Assembly (NCBI GenBank): GCA_041641295.1
Contig: JBEPYO010000001.1
Span: forward strand, 32,001-96,000
DNA: 64,000 nt
DNA from: Nitrososphaerota archaeon
Lineage (GTDB): Archaea; Thermoproteota; Nitrososphaeria_A; Caldarchaeales; Calditenuaceae
Direction: 5' to 3'
A program made the translations under genes and the position numbers. Below are positions 18,876-28,423 of this stretch, piece by piece (within the stretch, counting starts at the first letter, position 1; every line of letters starts with the position of its first letter). Below the pieces are notes generated by a model, which made no database searches, had not been told where the DNA came from, and was given only the letters and a program-made list of their open reading frames with translations.

Positions 18876-19817
18876 CTAAGCAGTCCGCTGCTTTGCTATA
18901 CTCTTGAGTATCTGTGATGCGAGTCTACGCGCGTCTCCGCGGCTATTCATGCGTGTGTCTAGGACTAGGCATTGTCTACCCTCCGCCTCGATTTTACTTG
19001 CCAGTTCAGCGTCTTCTACGTCAATTACCATTACGTCTATTATGTCTCTGTAGAGTGAGTAGACACCGTATGCTGTGGGCTCGACTCCGATCATTTGGAG
19101 CATCTTATCGGCTGGGCCCTTTATTGTCTTGCCGCCGATTATGGGGCTGACTGCTATTTTCTTCGCCGGGCTTCTTTTTAGCGCGTCTCTGAAGCCTTTG
19201 AGGCCCAGTATAGGTCCTATACTCACGATCGGGTTGCTGGGGGCGATAGCTATTATGTCCGACTCGAGGACTGCTTGGATTGCCTCATGGAGGGGCTCAG
19301 CCTTCTCAATGCCCTCAAACCATATACGCCTCACATCTACACTGTATCCATGTTTGACGAAGTATTCTTGGAATCGCAGCACGCCTAGCTCAGTCTCGAC
19401 CATGGTCCTCACACGGTCGTTAGTCATCGGCAATATTCTCGCCCTCACCCCTAGGGCTTTTCTAAGCCTTTCAGTTGCCTGCGAGAGTGTGAAACCTTCT
19501 TTTAACATCTTGGTCCTTATCAGGTTTAATGCTAGGTCTTTGTCGCCTATCTTGAACCAGTTTTCTATGCCGAGCTTTCCTAGCATTTCGTTGCAGTTGA
19601 AAGTATCGTTTCTTATCCCCCATCCACGCTCCCAGTCCCCGACCCCCGCCAGAGTGTAGAGGACGGTGTCTATGTCTGGGGAGACATGGAGGCCGTAGAA
19701 CTCCTCATCGTCAGCAGTATTGACTATAACTACGACCTCCTCGCTTTCCGGTGTCTCGTCGAGGACTCCGGCGGCGAACCTCGCACCGCCAACACCGCCA
19801 GAAAGTATTGTTATGAT
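18876..19817 (-). CDS. cofD: 2-phospho-L-lactate/enolpyruvate transferase (F420 biosynthesis)
   Basis: The frame extends upstream of the track start 19586 as ITILSGGVGGARF..VIVNTADD..SPDIDTVLYTL; IGDKD, FQEYFV, PSNPIVSIGPI, KGPA. Start is probably ATC 19817 or ATA 19814. Confidence 0.9.
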   Translation of the reverse strand: MITILSGGVGGARFAAGVLDETPESEEVVVIVNTADDEEFYGLHVSPDIDTVLYTLAGVGDWERGWGIRNDTFNCNEMLGKLGIENWFKIGDKDLALNLIRTKMLKEGFTLSQATERLRKALGVRARILPMTNDRVRTMVETELGVLRFQEYFVKHGYSVDVRRIWFEGIEKAEPLHEAIQAVLESDIIAIAPSNPIVSIGPILGLKGFRDALKRSPAKKIAVSPIIGGKTIKGPADKMLQMIGVEPTAYGVYSLYRDIIDVMVIDVEDAELASKIEAEGRQCLVLDTRMNSRGDARRLASQILKSIAKQRTA

Positions 19818-20443
19818 ATCGGCTCACCCCACATGTTTCTGTAAGCTATCTCCTTAACTGGTTTCCGGGTTTTGGGGCGTGTGCCTCCTGGGTGTGCTAT
19901 CTCGATTAGGGCTTGGGGTTCTAGGTGTGGGGGTAGTTTTAGGACCCTGCGTACGGCTTCTGGTGCGAAGAGGGGGCCGCAGCGCCAGCAGGCGCCTAGG
20001 CCTTGGATGTGGAGTGCAAGTAGTAGGTTCTCGATGAAGGCGCCTATGGACTGGACTGCCATTACATATTCGCACCTCTGCCTTCTCTCGTCAGGGTACT
20101 TGTCCATCTCTTCCATCGTTAGGCAGACAACTATCACCACAGAGGCCCTCAAGGTCCTCTTCTTCGACTCCTCTATTATTATCTCCACCTTCCAGTCAGG
20201 GAGGCCGTCCCCCTTCAGGTCGCGCCTCCACTCAGCAGCCATCTCTTCAAGCAGCCTCTCCAAAACGACTCTATCATCGATAACCACGACACGCCATGGC
20301 TGGGAGTTGTGCGCGCTCGGAGCCGAGATTGCGGTCTCTAGCGCCCTAATTATCTTTGAGAACTCCACTTCCCCTGGGGTTAACAGTTTTGAAGAACTCC
20401 TACCCTCGATCATCTTAAGTAATTGCTCGGTACTAAGTTCCAT
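19811..20443 (-). CDS. Nitroreductase-family protein resembling the FbiB C-terminal dehydro-F420 reductase domain
   Basis: APSAHNSQPWR, MAAEWRRDL..DG, YPDERRQRCEY, LLLALH..GLGACW..PLFAPEAVR; overlaps cofD. Confidence 0.75.
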   Translation of the reverse strand: MELSTEQLLKMIEGRSSSKLLTPGEVEFSKIIRALETAISAPSAHNSQPWRVVVIDDRVVLERLLEEMAAEWRRDLKGDGLPDWKVEIIIEESKKRTLRASVVIVVCLTMEEMDKYPDERRQRCEYVMAVQSIGAFIENLLLALHIQGLGACWRCGPLFAPEAVRRVLKLPPHLEPQALIEIAHPGGTRPKTRKPVKEIAYRNMWGEPIS

Positions 20444-20488
20444 GTCGCCTAGATGGGCCCTGTAGTGATGATTTAACTCTTCGCCGAA

Positions 20489-21154
20489 TTATCCATCTTT
20501 TTTTAGAAAGTCCTCAGCGATATGGATGTCTTCTAACGTGTTTATATTTATTCCCAACTCTCTAAACTCCAGTGATATTAAATTGGGGGTTGAGAAGTCT
20601 GGCGGACCCTCGCTATCTTTCCTGAAGATCCTAAGGCCGGCTGGCTGATATTCCACACCACCGTGTCGGATGATTGTCGGGACTCTAGACAGACCCTTAA
20701 CACTGTCATAGGGCAATACATAGACAATGTACTTAACCTCATGTTGTTGCGAAATGTCTAATGCAGTTTGGATGTGGTGTGGCTTCAGGGTTGGGATGTC
20801 GCAGGATACTATCAGATAGGTGGCTTTTTGCCGCGGTGTTAGGTATTCTGAGAGGTCGTTTAGGAAGCCTGCGCCCTGGGCTATATACGGCTCGTACCCC
20901 ATCTCTTGGAGGTATTTTGTGGTCTGGGGAGTGTGTATGCTCGTCACGAAGTCGACGCTTTTTATGGCGCTGCAGCCCTGTATGGCGCCTAGGGTATAGC
21001 TGATGAGTGGCTTTCCTAAGACCTTGACTAGGGGCTTTTCTCGCCCGCCCATTCTCGCTCCCCTGCCCCCACACATAACGACGGCGATTACTTTCCATGC
21101 CTTTTCATTATAGAAGCTTGGAGTATGCGGCGTATCCATTATCCTGTTATTCAC
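20489..21154 (-). CDS. NTP-transferase, CobY/MobA-like guanylyltransferase
   Basis: MCGGRGARMG..EKPL, SCDIP, NINTLED. Confidence 0.7.
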   Translation of the reverse strand: MNNRIMDTPHTPSFYNEKAWKVIAVVMCGGRGARMGGREKPLVKVLGKPLISYTLGAIQGCSAIKSVDFVTSIHTPQTTKYLQEMGYEPYIAQGAGFLNDLSEYLTPRQKATYLIVSCDIPTLKPHHIQTALDISQQHEVKYIVYVLPYDSVKGLSRVPTIIRHGGVEYQPAGLRIFRKDSEGPPDFSTPNLISLEFRELGININTLEDIHIAEDFLKKDG

Positions 21155-21728
21155 CTCCTCTCATTTTTGAGTAGACGATTATGGCGATGAGTGTGGGGAT
21201 GCCTATCCATAGTGAAGTGTAGGATAGGATTCTGATGAGTGAGTAGGTTTCAGCCTCGTTCTCCGATACTATTTGGAGGCTGCCTTCAACTCTTCCAGAG
21301 CCCTCCGGTCCCGAGATTATGAAATATACGTCATAGACCCCGGCTTCATCAATTCTGTAGGACCAAGTCTTGATGCCGAGGTGGGTCGCCTCAGGGCCCC
21401 CAACTATCGAGAGACGCCCCGGCTTTAATAATATCAGCGTGAAATTGATTGGGGTCGAGCCGAGTGAGGCCCCCTGTATCGAGGCTGTTATTTGGAACTC
21501 CTCGCCGACTCTAGGTGTGGCAGGGATTACGTAGGCCTCAAAAAGATAACCTCCCACTCTGGTGGGCGTACATATGGCTCTAGCCGGCCCCTCAGGAAAT
21601 GCAAAAGAATTAACGTAAACTAAAGCTCCAGCTGATACTGCCATTAATAGTGAGAGCGCTAGTATAGCAACTCTAACGCCCCTTAACAAGTCCCTACCGG
21701 CCGTCTCTATTTTTGGGGATTTAAACAT
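21147..21728 (-). CDS. Hypothetical protein with N- and C-terminal TM helices flanking an Ig-like domain
   Basis: Hydrophobic termini with a beta-rich centre; divergent from the Rieske gene. Confidence 0.55.
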   Translation of the reverse strand: MFKSPKIETAGRDLLRGVRVAILALSLLMAVSAGALVYVNSFAFPEGPARAICTPTRVGGYLFEAYVIPATPRVGEEFQITASIQGASLGSTPINFTLILLKPGRLSIVGGPEATHLGIKTWSYRIDEAGVYDVYFIISGPEGSGRVEGSLQIVSENEAETYSLIRILSYTSLWIGIPTLIAIIVYSKMRGGE

Positions 21729-21803
21729 GCGGCCACTATAGAAGGTATTCCAGAGCGAAATTAGCTTTAAGAACAGGCACCAAGTTATATCCTGAGAGCC
21801 GGA

Positions 21804-22343
21804 TTGACGGCCCGGAGACGACTACTGCAGGGGATATTGGCGACAGCTGCCATAGTCGTGGTATCCCCATTCACCCAACTCATCAATTTCTTCTACAGGA
21901 AGGAGGAAGGAAAAGCGCAGCGACAAAAGATAGCTAATTTGAAGGACCTGTCCCCAGGCTCCTACATCTACTTCTCATACCCCCAGACTGGCGACCCGAA
22001 GGTTGATAATGACCCGTTCAGACAATTCGTCCTCATAATGACGAGTGACGGCCAGTTGAGAGTGTACAGCAGGGTCTGTGTCCACCTCTGGTGCCTCCCC
22101 TCCTACATCCCCTCTAGAGGCCAGCTCATCTGCCCCTGCCACGGCTCAATCTACCGGAACTCGGATGGAGTGGCTATAGGAGGTCCGGCCGCCTATCAGC
22201 CCTATCCAACAAATGCCCTGCCGATGGGTAGGATAGAGGTTGACAATAATGGGGATATCTGGATGGTCGGCGTTGAGGGTAGGATAGGGTATGGTAGAGA
22301 GTGGCGTAATGTTAAGCCTGAGGACCTAGTTAAGCGGGTGTAG
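21804..22343 (+). CDS. Rieske 2Fe-2S subunit of a bc-type complex
   Basis: Tat-like RRRLL anchor; CVHLWC and CPCHGS motifs. Confidence 0.92.
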   Translation: MTARRRLLQGILATAAIVVVSPFTQLINFFYRKEEGKAQRQKIANLKDLSPGSYIYFSYPQTGDPKVDNDPFRQFVLIMTSDGQLRVYSRVCVHLWCLPSYIPSRGQLICPCHGSIYRNSDGVAIGGPAAYQPYPTNALPMGRIEVDNNGDIWMVGVEGRIGYGREWRNVKPEDLVKRV

Positions 22344-22348
22344 CTATT

Positions 22349-23725
22349 ATGTCCTCTAGTGCTAAGACTATGCGTGAGCTCGTCAATAATCTTTGGAAGT
22401 GGACAGTCGATAGGCTTGAAAGGACAACCATCGTGGTGTACAAGTTTACTGTGCCTAAGCAGTATGTTAGCCCCTTTGGTTATCTCGGCACCCTCACAGC
22501 GATTGTCTTCGCGATTCTAGGAGTATCAGGGGCCTTCCTCATGTTCTACTACAGGCCAGACGTTGAGCTCGCATTCCTGAGTGTACAGGAGATTCAGGAG
22601 AAAGTCCCGTTTGGCTTCATAATGAGAAACATACACTACCATGCCTCGAATCTAATGGTTCTCCTCGCAGTTCTACACCTCTACTACCAATACTTCTCAG
22701 GCCGCTATAAGATAAAAAACGAGGTTCTTTGGGTTACGGGCGTAATCCTAGGGGTTTTGACAGTCTTGGAGGCCTATACTGGTTACAACCTCATAATGAA
22801 TCAGAGGGCTATGCTGGCGGTAAATATAGGGATGGGGTTGACATTCTCTGCGCCTGTTCTCGGCCCCTCGGTAGCTCCCATCTTCCTAGGTGGTGGCCTG
22901 TTCGATCTAATCATAAGGTTCTATGCCCTCCACGTCTTCATACTCCCTCTGCTCATGTTGCTGCTGGCGGCTGTCCATTTTCCGAGGGCTCTAATCATCG
23001 ACTTCCCGGTCATATCAGCGGTAGTCGGTGTAATATTCATCTCGGCAGGCCTCTTCCCAGCTGAGCTCGGCATCAAATTCGACCTGACGCGTGGGATAGT
23101 AGAGGTTCCCGAATGGTATCTTACGGCAATATACGCCTTCCTTAGGGCTGGTACGGAGCGGTTCACAGCCGGGGCCCTACTTCCTTTGCTCTTCGTAATA
23201 CTCTTCCTCATAGTCCCATTCGTAGACAAGTCTAGGAGGTTGTCCTGGAAGGATAGGCCATTCTTCACTGGCCTCGGTGTTGCAAGCATCGCGTTAATTG
23301 CCATCACCACTGTCTGGGGCTTCTATGTAGACTTCTCAAAGGAGACGGCCTTCGACCAGCTGTATATTGAGCCGACGCTATTTTACGGCACGATAGGCGG
23401 TGTGACAGTGGCCAGCTTCTACGCCACATATTTTTACATGTCTAGGCAGAAGAGAGGTGCTAGGCCTACACCGACAAGGCCGATCATGCTCAGCCCCAAG
23501 GCCTCCACCAGCCTGATGATAACACTCCTCATATTCATCGCGGCAGCGGTGGCGGCGACATTTTACACCTACTCGATAAACCTGCCCAACCACTCCATGT
23601 TCTATCTAGGTATCGCCTTCTTCCTATTCGGGCTGCTACTGCATATATATAGGCACTCACTTTCGGTTGAGGAGCGGCTCAAGGCCCAAAAACAGCAGCA
23701 AAAAGCCGAAGCAGCCAGCCAGTAG
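22349..23725 (+). CDS. Cytochrome b (b + subunit IV fused) of a bc-type complex
   Basis: Heme His in RNIHYH..LHL and ALHV..VH; PEWY motif; extra C-terminal TM helices. Confidence 0.92.
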   Translation: MSSSAKTMRELVNNLWKWTVDRLERTTIVVYKFTVPKQYVSPFGYLGTLTAIVFAILGVSGAFLMFYYRPDVELAFLSVQEIQEKVPFGFIMRNIHYHASNLMVLLAVLHLYYQYFSGRYKIKNEVLWVTGVILGVLTVLEAYTGYNLIMNQRAMLAVNIGMGLTFSAPVLGPSVAPIFLGGGLFDLIIRFYALHVFILPLLMLLLAAVHFPRALIIDFPVISAVVGVIFISAGLFPAELGIKFDLTRGIVEVPEWYLTAIYAFLRAGTERFTAGALLPLLFVILFLIVPFVDKSRRLSWKDRPFFTGLGVASIALIAITTVWGFYVDFSKETAFDQLYIEPTLFYGTIGGVTVASFYATYFYMSRQKRGARPTPTRPIMLSPKASTSLMITLLIFIAAAVAATFYTYSINLPNHSMFYLGIAFFLFGLLLHIYRHSLSVEERLKAQKQQQKAEAASQ

Positions 23726-23795
23726 CTCCTGATCATTTTTAAAGCCGAAGGTTTTAATCGGAGAAGAGTCTGGCCGCCTAGCGGGTGGGATAGGG

Positions 23796-24014
23796 CTGGA
23801 AGAGGTTACGGACGTCTTAGAGGAGTTGAGGAGGATTGTGGATGGGTGGGGTGAGGTTGAGGAGGAGTATGGCGGCTATGCCATTAAAGTAGTCAATGGG
23901 GCTAAACTACCCTGGAGTAGAATTTGCGAACTGCTCCTCAGGATAAATCATGAGATATGGATTGAGCGGCGCGGAGAGGATATGTACATAGTGTCTAAGC
24001 CCCTAGCTGACTAG
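23796..24014 (+). CDS. Small hypothetical protein
   Basis: SD-like GGGTGGGA followed by in-frame CTG 23796 (EEVTDVLEELRRIV...), or TTG 23826. Confidence 0.5.
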   Translation: MEEVTDVLEELRRIVDGWGEVEEEYGGYAIKVVNGAKLPWSRICELLLRINHEIWIERRGEDMYIVSKPLAD

Positions 24015-25420
24015 GGCATTAGTGGGATCTGCAGATATATCAGTAGGAGGGCTAGTGAGAGGGTGAGTAGGCTGACTATTGCGCCAATCTTAAACCACTC
24101 CATGAAGGTAATATGTCCAAGCCTCTGCCTCTCGACCATACCTATGGCGACTATGTTGGCGGTGCTTCCGATCATCGTCATATTCCCCATGAGCGTACCC
24201 GCGAAGAGAAGGACCCACCAGAGGGGGTAAATCGGCAGGCCTGTCTGTCCCAGCTCTTGGAAAATCGGAATCAAGACTGCTACCGCCAATATGTTATCCA
24301 TGAATGCGGTCATCATTCCTGAAATGAACCCTAGTAGCGGGATGGCGAGCGCTATATTTCCGCCAGTTAAGTTAGCAAATATTGAGCCGAAGACGCTGGT
24401 AACTCCCACATACTTAAGCGTCCCCACGGTCGCGAAGAACATTAGGAAGAAAGTCAGGGTCCACCAGTCAACACGCTTCTCCAAGAGCTCCCTCGCATGC
24501 TCTCCTTGGAGGAAGAGTGCAGCAGAAGCCCCTATGAGGGGTGCGGCGATAAGCATTGTATTCTTCTCGAGTGAGAGGGCATTTTCTATCGCCGTATGCC
24601 CGATTAGGAGGGACATGGTGAATAGGAAGAGAAATAGAGCCTTCTTATCCAGCTTGTCAGGCCCTCCATTATCCGGCTGTGCTTTCGCGGCTACGAGCCT
24701 GTATTCTGCGAGCCTTTCATCCATCAGCTTAAAGTACTTCCTATAGTACGTATATCCGACAAGCATCGTAACTAGGAGTGCCGCTATAGAGATCGGCGTT
24801 GCCCATCTAAGGAACTCTGCAAAGCTCAGACCCGCCCTGAGAGCTATCATTACGCCGACTGGGTTGCCAACAACTGTTGCACTGCTCCCAATATTAGTGG
24901 CGAAGATAACCAATATCAGCAAGGGTATGAAATTAATCGCCAGCCGGCTTGTCAAGCGCAAGACCAACGCTGTCATGAACAAAATTGATGTAACCTCGTC
25001 TACAAGAGCGGCTGAGAATGCCGCCATCCCCATCAACAAAACCATCGATGATCGGGCTGTCCGGGCAGCACCCATTATCCGGTTTAGCAGGTATTCGAAG
25101 AAGTGCCTCTCCTCGAGATATCCAACCACGATCATCATGCCGATCAGGAATATTATAATATCCAGTCCTGCGAACTCGACTAAGTGAGTAACATCTAATA
25201 GTCCTGTGGAAAGCAGTGCGAAAATACCGATAAATGCGAACGCCACCCTAAGCCTCCAGAAGAGTAGAATACTCAGGATAATGCCTAAAAATACCGTGAA
25301 AGATATGACTTGCGTACTAGTGAATAAGCCTGTAAAGCTAATGAAGGCGTAGGCAAGTATAACCCCCAAAATCCATGCAAGTAACCGGTAGCGAATCATA
25401 CGAATAATCCTCCCACTCAC
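24011..25420 (-). CDS. ArsB/NhaD/SLC13 (ion transporter superfamily) permease
   Basis: SAALVDEVT, TNIGSSATVVGNP, MDNI, GNMTMIGSTANIVA. Confidence 0.85.
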   Translation of the reverse strand: MSGRIIRMIRYRLLAWILGVILAYAFISFTGLFTSTQVISFTVFLGIILSILLFWRLRVAFAFIGIFALLSTGLLDVTHLVEFAGLDIIIFLIGMMIVVGYLEERHFFEYLLNRIMGAARTARSSMVLLMGMAAFSAALVDEVTSILFMTALVLRLTSRLAINFIPLLILVIFATNIGSSATVVGNPVGVMIALRAGLSFAEFLRWATPISIAALLVTMLVGYTYYRKYFKLMDERLAEYRLVAAKAQPDNGGPDKLDKKALFLFLFTMSLLIGHTAIENALSLEKNTMLIAAPLIGASAALFLQGEHARELLEKRVDWWTLTFFLMFFATVGTLKYVGVTSVFGSIFANLTGGNIALAIPLLGFISGMMTAFMDNILAVAVLIPIFQELGQTGLPIYPLWWVLLFAGTLMGNMTMIGSTANIVAIGMVERQRLGHITFMEWFKIGAIVSLLTLSLALLLIYLQIPLMP

Positions 25421-25454
25421 GATTTATAATTTTCCCTTCGACGTACACACCAGC

Positions 25455-28349
25455 TTAGACGAACTCCGTATAGATTCCAGGGCGTAGAGGCACTGCGGTC
25501 GCAGCCTTCCCCATCGGGTCGTATTCTGCCTCTTCAGCCCTCAGAACCTGTATGGCACCTCCACACTCATTCTCAAGGTATTCGCGATTTTCCCGATACA
25601 GGTCATACTCTTGGTCCGCGACGCTTAAGATGGTTTCGACGCTGTATCTCTGGACGTAGCTCTGCATCATCTCGAACAGTCTTTTGGCAATCGTGGGTAG
25701 CTTGCTCCTCTCTATGTTTTCGATCTTCACTATCTCGCCTATTATGCTGCTGTATCCTCTCTGGGTTATTACTTCCCAGTTCTCTGCCATTCTTTTAATG
25801 ACGGGTATCATTGATTTCTTGGAGACGTATATGTAGATTTTAGACGGCCTCTTCTTCGTTGTCTGTGCTATGCTTTTGATGTCTTCTATAATGCTATCTA
25901 AGACCTCGTCCCTGAGCAGTAGCTCTGTGTTTGCTTTCTCTACGCTAGGCCAGCTTGAGAGCGACACGTATCCTTTGCCGCCTATCATGCTCCAAGCCTC
26001 CTCTGCGGTGAATGGGGCGGCTATGGAGAGCATCTTTATCCAAGACTCTATTAACGTCTTTGCGGCTGGCCCCATACGGCCTCCCCGCCTCCTCAAGTAT
26101 TTCCGCCACAGATTGTCCATGTCGTAGAGGATTTTAGAGGCGGCTGTACGGGTCTTTAACACTTTCATACTCTGCTCCACCTCCTCAACCACTTGTCTTA
26201 GCCGCGCCAGAGCCCACCCGTCAGCCTCCAACCAAGCATCATCTGCAATGGATGAACGGTACTCGCCGATAATTCTAAGGAAGTTGTCGAGAAATCTCCT
26301 GACGCTCTCTGCGTTCTTCCATTTCCAGTCTGGGTCATCCATATCCTCTGCCGAAAGTATTATGGCAAGCCTCGTCGCATCGGCGCCTACACGTGATATA
26401 GCCTCTTTCAGCGACACGAATATGCCTCGACTCTTATGCATCTCCTCCCCCTCAATCCTAACCATTCCGTTAATGCCTACTGCGCGCGGCCACTTGTCTG
26501 GTGGGAAGATCGCTACGTGCTGGAAGATGTAGAATGTGAGGTGGTTTGGGAGTAGTTCCTTAGCGGACACTCTGAGGTTGACGGGGTACCAGTAGTCAAA
26601 CTCCCTCTTCATTGCTTCTAGCAGCTCTGGGTTAACCCCTGTCTTTCTCGATACCTCATCCCTGTCCCCTCTGCCTCTAAAAACGTAGTCGAATAACTCG
26701 TGCCTAAGCTGCTCAGGCTTCACGAGGCCGGTGTTAACGTATTTGCTAATGGTGTATAGTGCCTGGTATATGGTTGAGTCGCTCAGCGTCTCAACGATCC
26801 ATGCATTATCGAATGGAAACCTGGTTCCAAGCCCCGTCTTACGGGTGCATGGCCAGTCTTTAAGCCAGTCTACTACGTTCAAGAACCATTGCCTAGCCCC
26901 CTCCGGATAAATCTCCATTTCATTGATGTGTTTTCTCACCTGCTCCTTCCAGTCCTCGTCGCCATAGGTGACGAACCACTGGTCCTCCACGACCTTGACT
27001 ATGCATCTGTCTCCGCTCCTGCAGACTACGGGCTGGGGCAGCTCATACATGATAGTGGCCAGCTTCTCAGAGATGAGGCGTGACTTGACCGTGTCGCGTG
27101 CCTCTTTTACCGTCATACCCTTATACTCGCCGCAAAGCTCGTTGAGCTCGCCACCATAGAATTCCTTGGAATAGATCTCCTGGGTAAAGTCTTCTAGTCT
27201 AGGGTCTGTCGAGGAGGTTACTCCTGCCTTATCCACAATTTCGACAGCGGGGTGAGGAGATAGGCCCGGTGTCGAGATGATACTGATGGGTTGTAGGCTC
27301 TCTATTATTGAGCGATCTATTCCATATTCCTCAAGCCTCTGTGGCTTCATCCTCAACTCTTTCAGCCCGGCATAGTCGTAGGGAGCGTGGCTGGGTACAC
27401 TGTAGACCACGCCCGTGCCTAGGTTGGGGTCAACAAAATCAGCCGGCAGTATGATCAGCCTCTTGCCTGTTATGGGTGCGATGCAGTATTTGCCAATCAG
27501 CGCGCGTCCATCGATTATCCTCCCAGTACCGGCCACGCCCTTATGCTGCTCCTTCAGCTTAACTACAGCCTCGCGACTCACAATGACCCGCGCACCCGAG
27601 AGGACAATCTCAACATACTCGGCCTCCGGCTTGACCCAGACGTTAGTAGCGCCAAAGATTGTCTCCGGGCGTAGAGTGGATGCTGCTAGATAAACCTCCT
27701 CACCCTCAAGCTTGAAAAATACGAGGGTAAACTCGACCGGGGATACACCCTCACCCACCAGCCTGTCATGGTCCCCTGTTGGGCTCTCACAGACCGGGCA
27801 CCATACCACTGGGTGTGAGCCCTTTCTAAGCCTACCTAGCTCGTATAGCGTCCTATACTGCCATTCTATGAACCTGCTGTAGTATGGGTGTAGGTCTGAG
27901 GTGTAGAACTCCCTCCTCCAGTCTATGGAGAACCCCATCATCTTAACCGTCTCCCTATTCTCCTCTGTGTAGTATCTGCTGATGAAGGCGGGGTCTGTGA
28001 ACCGTGGGAGCAGGTCTTCAGGAACCTTGTCAATCTCCCTGAGCATCTTTAAGACAGCGGGGTCGCCGCGCCTCAGCCTCTCAGCAGTCCCTGCAACCGC
28101 CTCGCCTGTCCAGTGCCAAGCCCAAGGAAAGAGGACGTTGTAGCCCTTCATCCGCATGTATCGGGCATACATGTCAACCCTAGTTGCCGTGAAACAGTGG
28201 CCGACGTGCAGTGGCCCATTCTGGTAGGAGTAAGGGAAAGTGACGAAGACCTTTGGCCTACTAGGGTCAGGGTCTGCCTCGAAGACCCTATCCTCATAAA
28301 TCTTCTTAGCCCATTTCTCCTCATATGCTACGGCTGAGCGGGTAGGCAT
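25455..28349 (-). CDS. leuS: Leucine--tRNA ligase (archaeal type)
   Basis: TFPYSYQNGPLHVGH, TLRPET, GTGVVYSVPSHAPYD editing domain, LSDSTIY, NHLTF, KMSKS variant EMHKS. Confidence 0.95.
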   Translation of the reverse strand: MPTRSAVAYEEKWAKKIYEDRVFEADPDPSRPKVFVTFPYSYQNGPLHVGHCFTATRVDMYARYMRMKGYNVLFPWAWHWTGEAVAGTAERLRRGDPAVLKMLREIDKVPEDLLPRFTDPAFISRYYTEENRETVKMMGFSIDWRREFYTSDLHPYYSRFIEWQYRTLYELGRLRKGSHPVVWCPVCESPTGDHDRLVGEGVSPVEFTLVFFKLEGEEVYLAASTLRPETIFGATNVWVKPEAEYVEIVLSGARVIVSREAVVKLKEQHKGVAGTGRIIDGRALIGKYCIAPITGKRLIILPADFVDPNLGTGVVYSVPSHAPYDYAGLKELRMKPQRLEEYGIDRSIIESLQPISIISTPGLSPHPAVEIVDKAGVTSSTDPRLEDFTQEIYSKEFYGGELNELCGEYKGMTVKEARDTVKSRLISEKLATIMYELPQPVVCRSGDRCIVKVVEDQWFVTYGDEDWKEQVRKHINEMEIYPEGARQWFLNVVDWLKDWPCTRKTGLGTRFPFDNAWIVETLSDSTIYQALYTISKYVNTGLVKPEQLRHELFDYVFRGRGDRDEVSRKTGVNPELLEAMKREFDYWYPVNLRVSAKELLPNHLTFYIFQHVAIFPPDKWPRAVGINGMVRIEGEEMHKSRGIFVSLKEAISRVGADATRLAIILSAEDMDDPDWKWKNAESVRRFLDNFLRIIGEYRSSIADDAWLEADGWALARLRQVVEEVEQSMKVLKTRTAASKILYDMDNLWRKYLRRRGGRMGPAAKTLIESWIKMLSIAAPFTAEEAWSMIGGKGYVSLSSWPSVEKANTELLLRDEVLDSIIEDIKSIAQTTKKRPSKIYIYVSKKSMIPVIKRMAENWEVITQRGYSSIIGEIVKIENIERSKLPTIAKRLFEMMQSYVQRYSVETILSVADQEYDLYRENREYLENECGGAIQVLRAEEAEYDPMGKAATAVPLRPGIYTEFV

Positions 28350-28423
28350 CCTCCTTATTGCAGTAAGATGGTGCTCATATATCTTGAGCGGGGCTGTCTA
28401 CTTGAGGGCAACTCTAGCTGGGT

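Noticed and set aside
19587-19817. Apparent 5' truncation or pseudogene of cofD in the ORF track
   Set aside because: The frame is open and encodes the conserved N-terminus; only the start codon is non-standard
20464-20488. Box C-like GTGATGA followed by CCGA
   Set aside because: No convincing second half, and the segment is explained by the minus-strand TATA of the nitroreductase gene
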